From Chara braunii (Eukaryota > Plantae > Charophyceae), in assembly GCA_003427395.1 (NCBI GenBank), contig BFEA01000005.1:726334-790331 (forward strand): DNA of 63,998 nt, written 5' to 3'. Position 1 is the first letter of the stretch, and every line of letters starts with the position of its first letter. The translations under genes were made by a program, and so were the position numbers. Positions 35,701 through 49,041 of this stretch are shown here, in pieces. The notes below the pieces were generated by a model. The model was not told where the DNA came from and did not search any database. It was given only the letters and a program-made list of their open reading frames with translations.

Positions 35701-38700
35701 CTGATCAAGAATCATTCACAAAGTTGTTTGTCACCCAAAAAGACTGAAAACAGATAAAGACAGGTATATATGTCGAGTCTTAAGTCGGCGGTAGGTTGAA
35801 TGGATAACTTTGGCAGCGTGTCTCATCAAGTCAAAATTAAGGCAGTCGATTACCTTGTCGGCTGCATCTATATTATTGTCGGTAGCCAACTCCTTGTTGA
35901 CGGTTGATTGACAGTTTTGTGGTATTCGACCTGAGGTCGTCAGCCTTGTATTTCGATCTTGTGTTATTGGATATATCTGATGATGATTCAAATTATTTCA
36001 GTGATCCTCGCAAATTGGATATTTTTGTCAACCGCGTTTGATTTATTTTGACGTAATGAGTGTGACTATTATTACTTTTATGTACGGATGTTATTACCTT
36101 CGTTTGACTGTATGTCTAAGGGACTAGGATTGAGTTGTGGGTCTCATCTTGGGGTACTTACACAGTAATGTGTAGGCGCGAAGCTGGATATATGCTGGGA
36201 ACTTCGCCGAGTATCAAGAACCAAGTTTCAATGAACAGGAAGCAATTTATCAAGCATCAACTTATTCATCAGAATTATATGTACCAGCACAGATAACTTA
36301 TACAAAATCAGAAAAAACGAAAAGTGAACTAATACTAATCGGCAACATTCCAATAATGACGGGCAGAGGGAATTTTATTATTAATGGAGCTTGTAGAGTT
36401 ATAGTTAACCCTCCTAGTCGACCGGCCTCTGCCTTATACTTAGGAGATCAGCGCCCTAAAGAACGAACGACGTTCGGGTCCACTCGATGTTAACCAAGCG
36501 TATCTATACTACAACGAATGAGCAAACGGCCTCGGCTGATCTACCTCTGCGACTACATATAAAAGCTTCCACACATGGGTCAGTAGCTCGGTAGGGGTAC
36601 GCCCCTAAGGGTGGTGACATCCCCTTAGGGAAGGAAGGCTAATGCCCCGTGGGAACCTATCCTGTCGTAGGGGACCGCGGGATGTACAATTGGCGCACCC
36701 GGCTAGAGCGGCAGAGGGACGATGCGACCACGTCCGTCTCAGTGGCTCCCGGGCTTATGGGTCGTTCCGAGTTGTCTCTCTATTTATGTTTTGTCTTACT
36801 CCTGCGTGACATGGCCGAGAGGGTTCCCGCACCTTGGAAAAGGCGGGAGCCGATGCGCTTGATATCGGGATCTGTGGAATGATTGAGAGAGAGAGAGGAT
36901 ACTTACATGTTGCTGATGTCGACATTGCGCGTTGTTGTAACGTCTTCACGGGAGAACTGTGCCATGTAGCACTCTGATGTGATCAGACCTGTCAGACTCG
37001 TTTCTTGGACATTGTTTGCTCACGTGGAGGCGAGGGGAGGCCCGGAGAAGGAGAGGGAAATGAGGGGCTACTATCTATGTGGTCATTGATGGATACTTAC
37101 TCTTCCACCTTCTAAGTTTATTCTCGCCCACCTCTCCTTCGTTCACTGGTTACAAGAAATTGTGTCACAAATCACATTCACGATTATTGGAGACATTGAT
37201 CAGCGCTTGGTTATCTTGTGCTTCGACACGTGACGAATTTCCTCCAGACTCGGTTCATTACAATTTGGTATTGGAGCTTACCTTCTTTGTCTCGATCTGT
37301 TGTCAGACGCATGCTTGCGCCAAGGTAAGTGTCGGGGGATGTGTCGTGCGTTGAGAGAATCGCGTGTATAGACGTGCGCAATTATCATCGTGGACTAGAC
37401 ATTGATTGACGCGCGTGCACACACACTCCCCCCTAAAGATGATGACATGGACTGAAGATAACGACATTGCTTATGCAGCGCATTGTTGCTGATGTGGCGA
37501 TCAATACCGGCGAGAGCATCACTGGCTGCAGCACCAACGTGGTGCTGGTGATCGCGAGAGAAAGATAGAGAGAGAGAGGCAGAGTCGAAAACGGGACTGC
37601 TGACGTGGCACACGAGTGGTGGATGTTCTGGCAGACGACGCATCCCTAACATGGCACCCTTGGCCATTGACGCTGACGTGGCAACTCTGCGGAGGTGTTG
37701 CGTTGGCATTCCAGGGTGACACGTGGCATTGGATGTGCGTTGCCGCTGGTGAGAGTCGATACTTACACTTGTGTGTTGGCGGGGGGTACGGCATCACGAT
37801 TTGGCTATAGTGCTACGTGTCGGCACTTATGCCTGGCTGCATTGGCATTCACAGGGAGACAGTCAGAAGAGGATGAGTTGCGGACATCTTGATTGTTGTT
37901 GTTTTATTGACCGACTCTACTCACCGAGGGTTGTTCTATGGATGTCTGCTACTCACCTGTCTTGTTGTTGTCTCGATCTCGCTGGTCGTGGCTACGGTAC
38001 TCGTACTCTCGTTGGGAACGTCATCACATAGAACAAACAACAAAACTTGAATTAGGAATAATTGAAATTATGCTCCTTATTTATTTCTGTTTATTTATTT
38101 CTTGCTGTAAAAAATTCGAAATTAATTGCGTGTGGCCGTGGAATTGATTATTGTCTTTTGATTATTTATTGTGTGGCATTCACACGCTGGGAACCATGAC
38201 TTACCTCTGGAAATGTTTGAGTGTCTGCATTCGCACGAGATATATACCTCTCTTCTTCTTCCCCATCCCTCTCACAGTCTTCGCGAATAAAGAAGGGGGG
38301 GAAATGAGAACCCGTGGTTAGCATTTGGACCTTCGGCCTTCTATGTACCAGACAGCCGGCCCTCGAAAATCTTGGCGTATCTGTTTCATACAAGTATGCT
38401 GCGAATAGCCAGGCTCGCCAGAGTTGGAACATTTCAGGAAGCGTGGTTCACACACTGTTTCTAGAATAGTACGCATTACCTCAACAGAAGAAAGAAGGCA
38501 AACCATGTCGGGTCGTCTCCACCAGCTGCTCGACGAGATACATAGAGTTCAACCAGAAGTTGAACAACATGTTCACGTTCAGTTTGATCTACGTGCCAGA
38601 AAAGTCGAACTAAACACCACTGAGACTGCTGTGCAGATCCTGGAAACCAGTAGACGAGTTCGACAACTCATCATTGATGGGCGAACAACCCTTGATCGAT

Positions 38701-41291
38701 ATGTCACTAAGCAGATGGATAGGATGCGCCAAGGGAGAACCACTGAAGAAAAGGAAGAAGGAGAAGGGAAGGAAGAACCAGAACTGTCTGAGGAAATCAT
38801 AGAGGGAAATATCAAACAATTGGAATATGCATTGATTCCATTGAAGGCAGAAAGAAAGAAGATGGAGGACTACCAGAGGAACAAGAAGAAAAAAAAAACA
38901 GCAAGAAAATAAGGTGAATGAAATCAGACAGAGATTTCATTTTGAAGGAACAGAAACTGACCTTGCATCCGTATTGAATACCATGATGGCTTATCTCGCT
39001 CATCTGGAAATGAAGATAAACAACAACACCGCCCCACTGCAAACAATGACAAAACTCGTAAAGGGAAAGAAGAAGGTGGTGATTGAGGAGGAGGTCAAGG
39101 GGGAACAACAGAAAGAACCCCATGAAAAGTTGATGAAGGATGCAATGAAGATAGCAATGAAGATTCCAGAAAAGCCCGAAAGCTCAGGGAAACAACCTGA
39201 TGAACCGGTGACGAAGAAAGAAGAAGTAGCCGCCAAGAAGGAAGTAGCAAAGAATAAATAAAAGGTGAAGATGAAACTTCCTTTCAAGTGTAACGGGAAG
39301 CGGGGTGAACATCTGCTATTGTGGATAGCATAAATCCAGACATATTGTGGGACTACACTAGTTGAACCAGAAAGCCAAGTTGCTTTTACTACCTCATATC
39401 TGGGGGAGGTAGCGAAGGAATGGGTTTTGTCTGAGGCCAACGCTGCTGGCTTCAAGGATATCGGTGAGCGGGCTAAAACACTTACCCTCAGAGAATTCCT
39501 CCAAAATATCAAGCAGAGGTTCCTTGACAAGACAACGACCGATAAGGCCTGCGACAAACTCACCACAATTGGCCAAAAGCACTGGACCACCGTCGACGCT
39601 ATGTCTCGTGAGGTTGATCGATTGTTGCAGGTACCTGGTTTGAACCTGCGGGACAACCAAGTATTGTACATCTTCTCACGGGCATTGCCGGAACCATTCA
39701 TGGACATCTTGTCGCTGGGGCAGAATCCGGTAAGTATAATTACACACAGTTCCGTGACCTCGCGCTCCAAAAGGAGTAGATGACCGCAGAGGTAAAAAGT
39801 ACCTATGCATTTGTTGTACGTAATGATCCGTCCGGTGGGTATGGGAAACGTGTCCTTTGGTGGCAAAAACGACAATGACCATATGCTTGTCGTCTTCGAT
39901 GATGACGTGATGGAGAAGTTACCCCTCGACGAGGCGTAGGGTGCAGGTAATGGTGACAGTGAGTCTGAAAAGGGTGACGTCACTACCACGGTGGCTAACA
40001 AGGGTGACACCAATTAGAATTGGAACAAGAAGAAGAGGTCGCGCTCCTTCCTAGAGCACCCTGACACTGCAGCAAGAAGACCTTGGGAGAAAAAGAGCCT
40101 TACCAGAGAAGAATGGCAGGAGAGGATGAATAACATGTAGTGTCTCAAGTGTGGCACTGTGGGGCATATCATTGCATCTGGAACCCAAAAGGGAGCAGCC
40201 AGTAGGAGTAGCATCTGCGCCTACTGAGTTGGGAGGTTCAGTTGAAGATAAGGCGCCAATAACTCCTTTCAACCCCCTGACTCACATGACAAAGGATGAC
40301 TCTTCTTCGACACGTTGTTCGGAACACCCTGACACTGTCTTATGTTTTGTCTCTCTGGACGATTCTTTGGACGGACTTGGAAATTAACTCATTGCACTAA
40401 GAAGTTTGTGGGCTAAGAAAGCAAAGTCTAAGGGTGAGTCAATGATCGCAGACATTGAGATTGCACGTACACGAGTAGGTGCCTTGTTAGACCTATGATC
40501 GACGAAGGCAATTTGTAAGTTGTATATGGGAATGAAGGTAAAGGACTTACCTAGACCTATCACATATATTTTGGCTGACAAGAGCACGATTACTGTGTCT
40601 CAATATGTTGATCGTATAAAGTGTTACTTTCAAACTAAGGAAGGAAATAAGATTTTGCATGAAGTTTCCTTAGTGATTGAAAAAAACTTGCCCTTAGACA
40701 TGATTCCAGGAATGGATTGGCACGATATCAAGTTTGAGGAGAAGATTGTAAAGCCCAAGGACAAAAAGTCCGAGTTCCGAGCAATGAAATTTTATCATAC
40801 GTCTTGATCTTACTCGTCATTGTCTTGTTGCATGAGTTATCCAGCCTTTAGATCCATGATCTCAAAGAAGAAGTTGGATCAGGATGTGATGACGGTACTC
40901 GTTGAACGAGTAGGCGAATGTTCCTCATCCTACCAACCTTCTATTAAAAAATTGCTTCACGAATATAAGGACTTGCAGACTAAACCTACAGCAATAATTG
41001 AACATGCTATCAAACACACAATTGAAATTATTCATAGAGGTAAGATTCCCAAAGGACCCATTTATCACATGCCTCCTAGGGAACTAGAGGAACTGAAGAA
41101 ACAACTGCAAGAACTAATAGAGAAAGGACGGATTCGCCCAAGTTCATTTGTCTATGGTGCACCTGTTTTCTTTGTGCCCAAGAAGGAAGGGGAACTTAGG
41201 CTAAGCATTGGCTATCGAGGATTGAACTCCGCCACTGTTAAAAATGTGGAGCCCCTTCCTCGTATTGATGACCTACTTGATCAGTTACAAG

Positions 41292-41817
41292 CTATGAATC
41301 CCCTGCGGTCATGACTGCGGGGTCAATCTCGGCCCGCGGTCGGGATCCCGACCGCCGATGTCGGCTGTGGGCGAGGGCGGTCGGAAAACCCCGATATTTT
41401 TATTCCTAGGATAATAGGCCCAAAAAAAAAAAAACAATATCGGGTTGTAGGGTTTTTTGCGCTCTACAACAGTATATTTTTAGTTTTATTTTCTGACTTC
41501 GTTTTGGATTTAAAAAAAATGAAAAACAGAAATCCATCGGGCAAAAGTTCTTCACTTTATTCTTTTTGTAAGAAAAATAAAGGATTTTGTTTGTTTGTTA
41601 TCTCAAATTTGGTAACGAATTTTGATATGACCCCAAGGCAAAAGCTGTTCAGTTTATTTTTTGGCATAACATTTTTTTTTTTTCAGATTGTTCTGAATTC
41701 TTTGTTTTTTTTTTTTTTTTTTTTTGACCGCGGACCGCGATCAGAACCGCGGGCCCGCGGCCGCGAGCGCAGCCCGCGGTCGTGCCCGCGGTGACCGCGG
41801 CCGCGGGGGATTCATAG
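41292..41817. mobile_element. hAT-type MITE inserted in the Gypsy RT
   Basis: TIR CTATGAATCCCC(T/C)GCGG. 8-bp TSD GTTACAAG/GTTGCAGG. Removing it restores DQLQGCKYFSKIDL. Confidence 0.9.
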
Positions 41818-42805
41818 GTTGCAGGGGTGTAAGTACTTCAGCAAGATTGATCTGAAGTCAAGTTACCACTAGATCGAGGTGGCACATGAAGATCAACACA
41901 AGACGACTTTCTGAACAAGGTATGAATATTATCAGTTTACTGTTATGCATTTCGGATTGACAAATGCACCTGCGATTTTTCAGAGGTCTATGAATGAATT
42001 GTTTAGGCAATGGTTGGACCAGTTTGTAGTTGTGTATCTCGACGACATCCTCATGTATAGTAAGACACTAGAGGACCACAAGAAACACCTACGAATGATA
42101 CTTCAGAAGTTGCGTGAAGGCAACTTTAAGTTGAATGCTAGGAAGTCTGAGTTTGCGAAGCCTAAGGTATTGTACTCAGGGCATACAGTAAACGAAGAGG
42201 GACTAAGGCCTGAAGAGAAAAAAATTACAACAACTCGAGATTGACCCAGACCTAATACTGTTACTGAACTCGGATCTTTTCTAAGACTTTGTAGTTACTA
42301 TAGGACGTTCGTAAGGAACTTCTCATTGATAGTTGCGCCTATAAGAAGACTTCTGAAGAAGGAAAAACCTTCGTTATGGGACAAAGATTGTGAGTCTTTG
42401 TTCAAAAAGTTGAAACACGTACTAACTTACTATCCTATCTTAAAGATTGTTGATCCGACTTTACCTTTCATTGTCACCACTAACGCAAGTCGGTATGGAA
42501 TTGGGGTTGTGCTACAACAGGATGACGGTGAGGAATATGAACCCATTGAGTTTATGTCCTATTCCACTTACGAAAGGGATTTGTATGCCTTGGTCGCTGC
42601 ACTTGACACATGGAAACACTACTTGCTAGGAAAACACTTCACTATCTATACAGACCACTCTACCTTGAACTGGATCAAAACCCAACCTTGACTCTTTGAC
42701 AAGTTAGTTAGATGGTCCGCTTTTATTGACATATTTGACTTTGAATTGAAAACAATTATAGTGAAGTCTAATGTTGTTGAGAATGCATTGTCCAAGCGGG
42801 CTAAT

Positions 42806-43102
42806 CAGGGTTGTCGAGCCCCCGGCCACGGGGCCCCGGTGGGGGTCCTGGGGGCCGGGGGTCAACACCCCTGGCCCTGGCAAAAAAAATCCAAAAAAAA
42901 TAAATAAATAAAAAAAAATACAGGGGGGTGCGCAGCCGCAGCCTGCACCCCCGGGCCAAAACTGCAATATTGCAGTTTTGGCCCGACCTTGGGCCCCCCC
43001 CGGGGCTACACCCCCTCCTCATGAGCCCGGGGTAGTGAGGGCGTGGGGCCGGGGGCGGGGCCCAGCGGGGTGTGGGGCCGGGATCAGCTAGCAGCGGGGG
43101 CN

Positions 43103-43154
<52 letters not shown>

Positions 43155-44358
43155 CATAGGTGCATTCCTACACTCACTTGAAATAACCTCAGACCAATGG
43201 ATGAACCGGACGCTCAATTGCGTCCCGGTTCTTCGACTGATCTTTCACCACATGGTCTTTCATGGTTGGGCGTGAGTGCAAGGTATATGACAAACATGCT
43301 TATAGTGTTGTTAGAGGTTGAAGTAGGTGTGCCCCCCACATGTCAATTGAGTCCCCTTGTATATTGTTTGTTCATTGTATATTTCACCAATGAGCTATGT
43401 TTAGTCGAATCAGGCACATTATTACGTAGCGCCTGAATCTTTTGACTGCTAGTATCCCCTGTGTGGTTGTAATTTTGCTCATAGGTTGCAACTGCACCTG
43501 ATTGATTGATAATCACTACAGGCGGGATTGACTTGCAGGTCTTTGAACCGTCCCCATAAGTTTTCAATTTGCTTACAATCATGCAAGGTGATGGTCGACA
43601 GCTATGTTGCTGCATGATGTAAGTCTACTTCAGTGAACGCCAAATCATTGCCAATAGGCAGTGAAACTGTATCCCTTCTTAACGGCCTCTTCTCTTTTTA
43701 CGTTGCTTGGCCAATGAGCATACCTTGAATGTGCTCAGCGCACGATACTCTGTTCGGACGACCCCATGCTAAAAGTTAAAACCTTAGCATACATAAGTGT
43801 CAGGTGGCAGTCTATCCCGTCCATGAGTGACACATGTGCATATGTCCTTGGTCACCCTGTCTGTTGTGCGGCATCAATCATGCGTGTTAGAAGTGAGGGA
43901 CAAGCCAAAACCCTTGTCCCTTTTGCAATTGCTAGGTGGTCATCCAGCGGGTCGTCAAATGGCACAGGAGCGTGTGTCCTTGGCGGCCTGACAACTCATC
44001 TGCTCTGTCCACATCGCTCGAATGTCGACAATTAAGCTCAAAAGTCCAACCCTAGTCCCTCTTGTAACAACCAAGTGGTCGTCTCCCTGGGACGATAGCT
44101 GGCTGCTATGCCCATCGACACGTGGCACCTGAGCACGCTAGTATGCGTAATTGGTAATAGGGAAGGTACTACCTAAGTACACGAGAGCCACGTGTCGATG
44201 GGCATATTTGGGGTGCGGGGGGCCGGGGGTGCGGGGGAGGCGGGGGTCGGGGTGGGGTGTTTTGCGGTGGGTAGGGGTGGGGCACCCCCGCGACGGGGGT
44301 CCGGGGGTCAAACCCCTACCCCGGCTTTGCCCTCGGGGCCCCCCGCCTGACAACCCTG
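42806..44358. mobile_element. Non-autonomous hAT-type DNA transposon inserted between RNase H and integrase
   Basis: TIR CAGGGTTGTC/GACAACCCTG. 8-bp TSD GGGCTAAT/GTGCTAAT. GC-rich subtermini. Confidence 0.9.
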
Positions 44359-47348
44359 GTGCTAATATCTTTGGAACCATTGTCTCCTATCTCGATATTA
44401 GGAATGACTTGAAAGAGGAAATCCGTAAGGGGTATGCAGATAATATGATATGGAGTCCTATTATTGAGACCGTACAGAGAAACCCTGAACTATTCCCTGA
44501 ATATCGAATGATTGAGGACTGACTCGTCTTTGTTGATAAGACTGACGAAAGACTCTGCATTCCACACAAAGAACCAATTAAGAGTATGATTATTGGGGAA
44601 TGCCATGACACTGGAGGACATTTTGATTTCAAAAAGACGTATGCAAATGTTAGAGAACGCTTTGAATGGAAAAAAATAAATAAGGATGTGTTAACCTATG
44701 TGCGAACTTGTCTTATTTGCCAAACGAACAATCCCTCACATGAGAATCCACTGGGACTACTGAGACCACTACCTATTCCAAGTGAGCTAGGTGAGGATAT
44801 CTCAATTGACTTCATGAGCGTCACTAAGAGTCAGAAGGGCAATAGTCAGGTAATGGTCGTTATGGATCGATTGTCAAAGTATGTTATGTTCATTCCCTTA
44901 CCTACCAAAGTTAAGATGAAACTTGTCATCCAAGAGTTCCATATGCGATGGGTTTAGGAATAAGGATCTCCAAAACCCATCGTCTCTGGTAGGGATGTAA
45001 GGTTCACCGGTCTACAACGGCAAAAGTTGATGGAAGCCTATGACACTAGGTTGACCATGTTGTAAGGTATACACCCTGAAACGAATGGATAAACTGAACA
45101 GATGAATCATCTATGCAAACAACTTTTGCATGTGTATGTACGACCCGATCAAATAGGTTGGGACGAGAACTTACCTAATACTGCTAGTGCATATAATAAT
45201 AGCATACATACTGTTATAAGGAAAACGCCGAATGCACTGCACCAATGTTGGAAGCCACGACGTCCCATTGACGCTCTAACCAGGGACCAGATTTAAAGGT
45301 TATCCCAAACACTCGAGAATTTGCAGTTTTATATGAAGAAGACATAAAGAAAGTTAAGGAAAATATATAGAAAGTCCAATTACAGATGGTTGAACAGGCC
45401 AACAAGCATCGTCGACCATCACAATTCCAAGAAGGTGATCTTGTATGGGTAAAGTCTAAAGAATTTTCCTTGGAAGAAAATGTGTCTCAGAAACTGCTAC
45501 TTGGCTATTACGGACCTTGGGAAGTTCTTAAGGTGATTGGGGATCCATATGGACCCTCATACAAAATTGACGTACCCCCACACCTCAAGAGCTATCCTGT
45601 ATTTCACGCATCTAAACTCCTGCCATATGTAGAGGGACATAACTTTCCCACCAGACCATCTATGTTCCCTCCTTCAATGAATGGAGGCTTTGAAGTTGAG
45701 AAGATATTGGAACATGGATACTTCTCTACAAGTGGCAGAGGAAGGCCTCAAAATCAGTTCAAGGTCAAGTTTAAGTCTCAACCTCCGTCTGAAGCTAGAT
45801 GGTGTAGTAAAAAGGAACTATTACCTACAACTCTTGATATTATTGTTGCATATGAGCCTAATCTAAAAGAAACTTAATGTATTTTTGCGATGAAACTCGA
45901 AAATTGGGTCGACGAGAATGCAATAACCCGCTCCAATATGCCTCGTTGTTTGTCTACCGGCCACCCGCAGACCCGACACTGGCCTTACACCGCAACGCGA
46001 TAAGGGAAAGAACCCCTGAAACTGGCTTCAAGGGCCCTGCGCCTGACAGTTGACTAAAGTCAACTGTACAGTTCCCCATGAGTCAAAGTCGGCATGGACC
46101 CAACCCAGACCACCAGTCAGACACACCCACTTGTTGGTATGCAGGTATCCAAACAACATTCGGACCAAGTGGAAGTCTACAACTGTACGAGATCAAGGCT
46201 ATTGACTGTAAGTCAATCTGAGCCTTCGTGGGTGAGGGTCCAAAGACAGGTCAACCCCGTCAACACTATTTAAGGCCCCTACCTCGGGGAGTCAACAATT
46301 AGTCTTGTCTTGCTGACTTGACGCCAGCTTGACACCGGCGAGATACTAGTGTGATGCTGGCTTGACACTGGCTGTACGTTGGCATTGTGAAATGACAACG
46401 CAAAACTGCTGCATAATGTGTGTGGTGCGTTCCTGCTCTGGCACTAGACTGTATTATTGCTTGCTGACGTGGCGCATGCCATATTGTCTTCGACATTGCT
46501 GATGAGGCGCATGCCACCCTGCCTACATTGCTGACGTGGCATTTGCCACACTGTCTTCATTGCGGAGTTGGACGCGACAAAGACGAAGATCGGGATCTGT
46601 GGAATGATTGGGAGGGAGAGAGGATACTCACCTATTACTGATGTCGACATTGCGCGGTGTTGTAACGTCTTCACAGGAGAATTCTGCCACGTGGCAGTCT
46701 TATGTGATCAGACATGTCGGCTTCATTTCTTGGACACTGTTTGTTGACGTGGAGGCGAGGGGAGGCCCGAAGAAGGAGACGGAAACGAGGGGCTACTATC
46801 CATGTGGTTATGGATTAATACTTACTTTTCCACCCTCTAAGTCTATTCTCCCCCACCTCTCCTTCATCCACTGGTTACAAGATATTGTGTCACAGATCGC
46901 ATTCACGATTATTAGGGACATTGATCAGCGCTGAGTTATCTTGTACTTCGACACTTGACGAGTTTCCTCGAGACTGCTTCCTCCCCCACCTCCTTCGCCC
47001 ACCCACCATAGCCAACCACCTTCACACCATCTTCCTCCTCCACCTCCTCCACCTCCTCCACCTCCTCCACATATCCACCATAGTCAACCACCTTTACACC
47101 TTCTCCCTCCTCCATCTCCTTCACCCATCCACCATACCTAACCACCTTCACACCTTTTTCCCCCTTTACCTTCTTCACCTATCCACCATAGCCAACCACC
47201 TTCACACCTTCTTTCTCCTCCACCTCCTTCACCCATCCACCATAGCCAAGTACCTTCACACCTTCCTCCTCCACCTCCTTGACCCATCCACCATAGCCAA
47301 CCACCTTCACACCTCTTTCCTCCTCCACCTCCTTCACCCATCCACCAT

Positions 47349-47727
47349 CTGTGTGTCTTTTTAACGGGGAAGGGGGGAATTAAACTCTCGGTGAATCCCA
47401 TTAAATTCAAAAAAATCCCGTTGAATTCACATTAAACGGGAAAATGGGCCGCTCCCGCACTTTTCGGAAAAACGGAATTGATGCGCGGGGTCCAGAACAC
47501 GTAGCCCTAGGCAAAAAAATAAAATTAAAAAAAAAAAAAAAAAATCCCCCCAACCTCTGAAGCACCTCCGATCCGCCCCCACATCCCCCAACCCCCAACG
47601 CCTAAGTTATGTGTGTGTAGGTGTGTTGTGTGTGTGCGTATGTGTGTATGTGTGTGCCTGCGCGTGAGAGTGTGTATGTGCATGAATATGAATGTATGCG
47701 CGTGTGTTTGTGTATGTGTGTGTTTGT

Positions 47728-47758
<31 letters not shown>

Positions 47759-49041
47759 CATGATTGTTGGCGTGTGTCCATTGTTTCCCTTTTGAGGGAT
47801 ATAGTTTTTTCCCGTTGAAAACTGGGGGCAGGCGATATAGGTTTGGGCGGGCAATTTGGGTCTGGTTTTTTTTTTTTTTCCTCTTCTACTGCATCTTCCC
47901 AGAAATACAGTAACCAAGCATTCTGCTGTTTGTTACCAAGTAACAAAATCTAGAACGGACTGCCATGCCTCATTGGCAAGGCTTACTAAGAAAAGGAAAG
48001 AAAAAAAAAATGTAGAACATAGGTAGATGCACTGCTAGTAGTTTAGAGCTTGAAATGTCATTTTTCCTGGCTGCGTGTGGGGCGGCACAGCCCTCTGTAG
48101 CTTGCTATTCGTTTTTGAGGTTTTTTTTTTTTTTTTTTTCCCCCCCCCCCTNTTGCGATCCAAGAATCTGGGCTCCGACCAACGGCCTAGCTCAGTTGAT
48201 TAGGCACACAAATGGCATTCAGGAGGTTGTGGGTTCAATCCCCGCCTATGGCACTCGCGATGCCAACCAACTGAGATAGTCGGTTGGATCCTCCCAGTCT
48301 TTATCAGTAAGGTCTTCAACCAACACGGCTGGGAGGCACCCCCTGTCCCTACGATCCTACCTCAGTGTGACCAACACTGAGGAGCATCACCCTACCAGTA
48401 TTAAGGGCAACTTGGACCACATAGATGTGACAAGCACAAGGGTTGGGCCAACCTCCTAGCCCTAATAGAAGCGGAGGCGAACGAACAATGCGGTATGGGA
48501 ACTTTGGACGCCAGACTCATGCAATCTGCTACAGGCCCAATTTTGTGTGTGTGTGTGTCTTTTTCCCTTTTTTTTATTTGCTTTTTATGTTTTTTTTTTT
48601 TTTTTTAATACACGAAGTTCTAAAAAAATAAATAAATAAATAAATTGTTGTACATCTTTGAAAGATCGACAACCCTATATTTTTTATTTGTTTTTCTGTT
48701 TTTGTTTTAACCCTTAAAAAATATGTGTGAAACCCAAAAAAAAAACACTCATTTCATTTTAGTTTTTGTTTTTTTTCATTGTGTGTTTATGTTTTTGATT
48801 TCTTAAACATATATTTAAACATCTAAAAACAAAAATAAACATATAGGGTTGTAGTCCTAAAAAAAACCTACAACCCCATTTTTTTTTTTTTTTTTGGATA
48901 ATTTTTAGCCCAGGAAAAAAATCATCGCGGACCCCGTTGATTCGCGTCCAACTCGTCGTTGAACGGGACTTTAACGTGAATTCAACGCGCGTTGAATTTT
49001 GTAACGCGGAACCCGCGTTGAATTCAAAATCCGACACACAG
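47349..49041. mobile_element. Non-autonomous hAT-type element inserted in the 54-bp array
   Basis: TIR CTGTGTGTC/GACACACAG. 8-bp TSD TCCACCAT/TCCACCGC. Subterminal TTGAATTCA/AACGG motifs. Confidence 0.8.
48181..48253 (+). pseudogene. tRNA-derived sequence (SINE head or tRNA pseudogene), Ala(GGC)-like
   Basis: A box TAGCTCAGTTGA, loop ATGGCAT, variable arm AGGTT, T-arm GTGGG-TTCAATC-CCCGC. The acceptor stem does not pair. Confidence 0.6.

Larger units (their letters stand above)
38505..45877 (+). pseudogene. Gypsy gag-pol remnant (gag, zinc knuckle, protease, RT, RNase H, integrase, chromodomain)
   Basis: CLKCGTVGH (~40141); [16 protein letters not shown]; [12 protein letters not shown]; FGLTNAP; VVYLDDIL; TNASRYGIGVVL; H..GGH..CLIC; ISIDF; YYGPWEV; FEVEKIL..KVKF. 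Many stops and two insertions. Confidence 0.93.
36864..46975 (+). mobile_element. Decayed Ty3/Gypsy (chromovirus-type) retrotransposon with LTR-like direct repeats
   Basis: Diverged ~387-bp direct repeats at 36864-37250 and 46589-46975 flank gag-PR-RT-RH-INT-chromodomain remnants. True LTR termini not resolved. Confidence 0.8.

Noticed and set aside
32880-36860. Host genes among the short ORFs
   Set aside because: They have no recognisable domains or consistent splice structure. Probably unclassified repeat sequence.
43150-44150. Transposase remnant inside the hAT element
   Set aside because: No convincing DDE, BED-finger or dimerisation motif was recognisable by eye.
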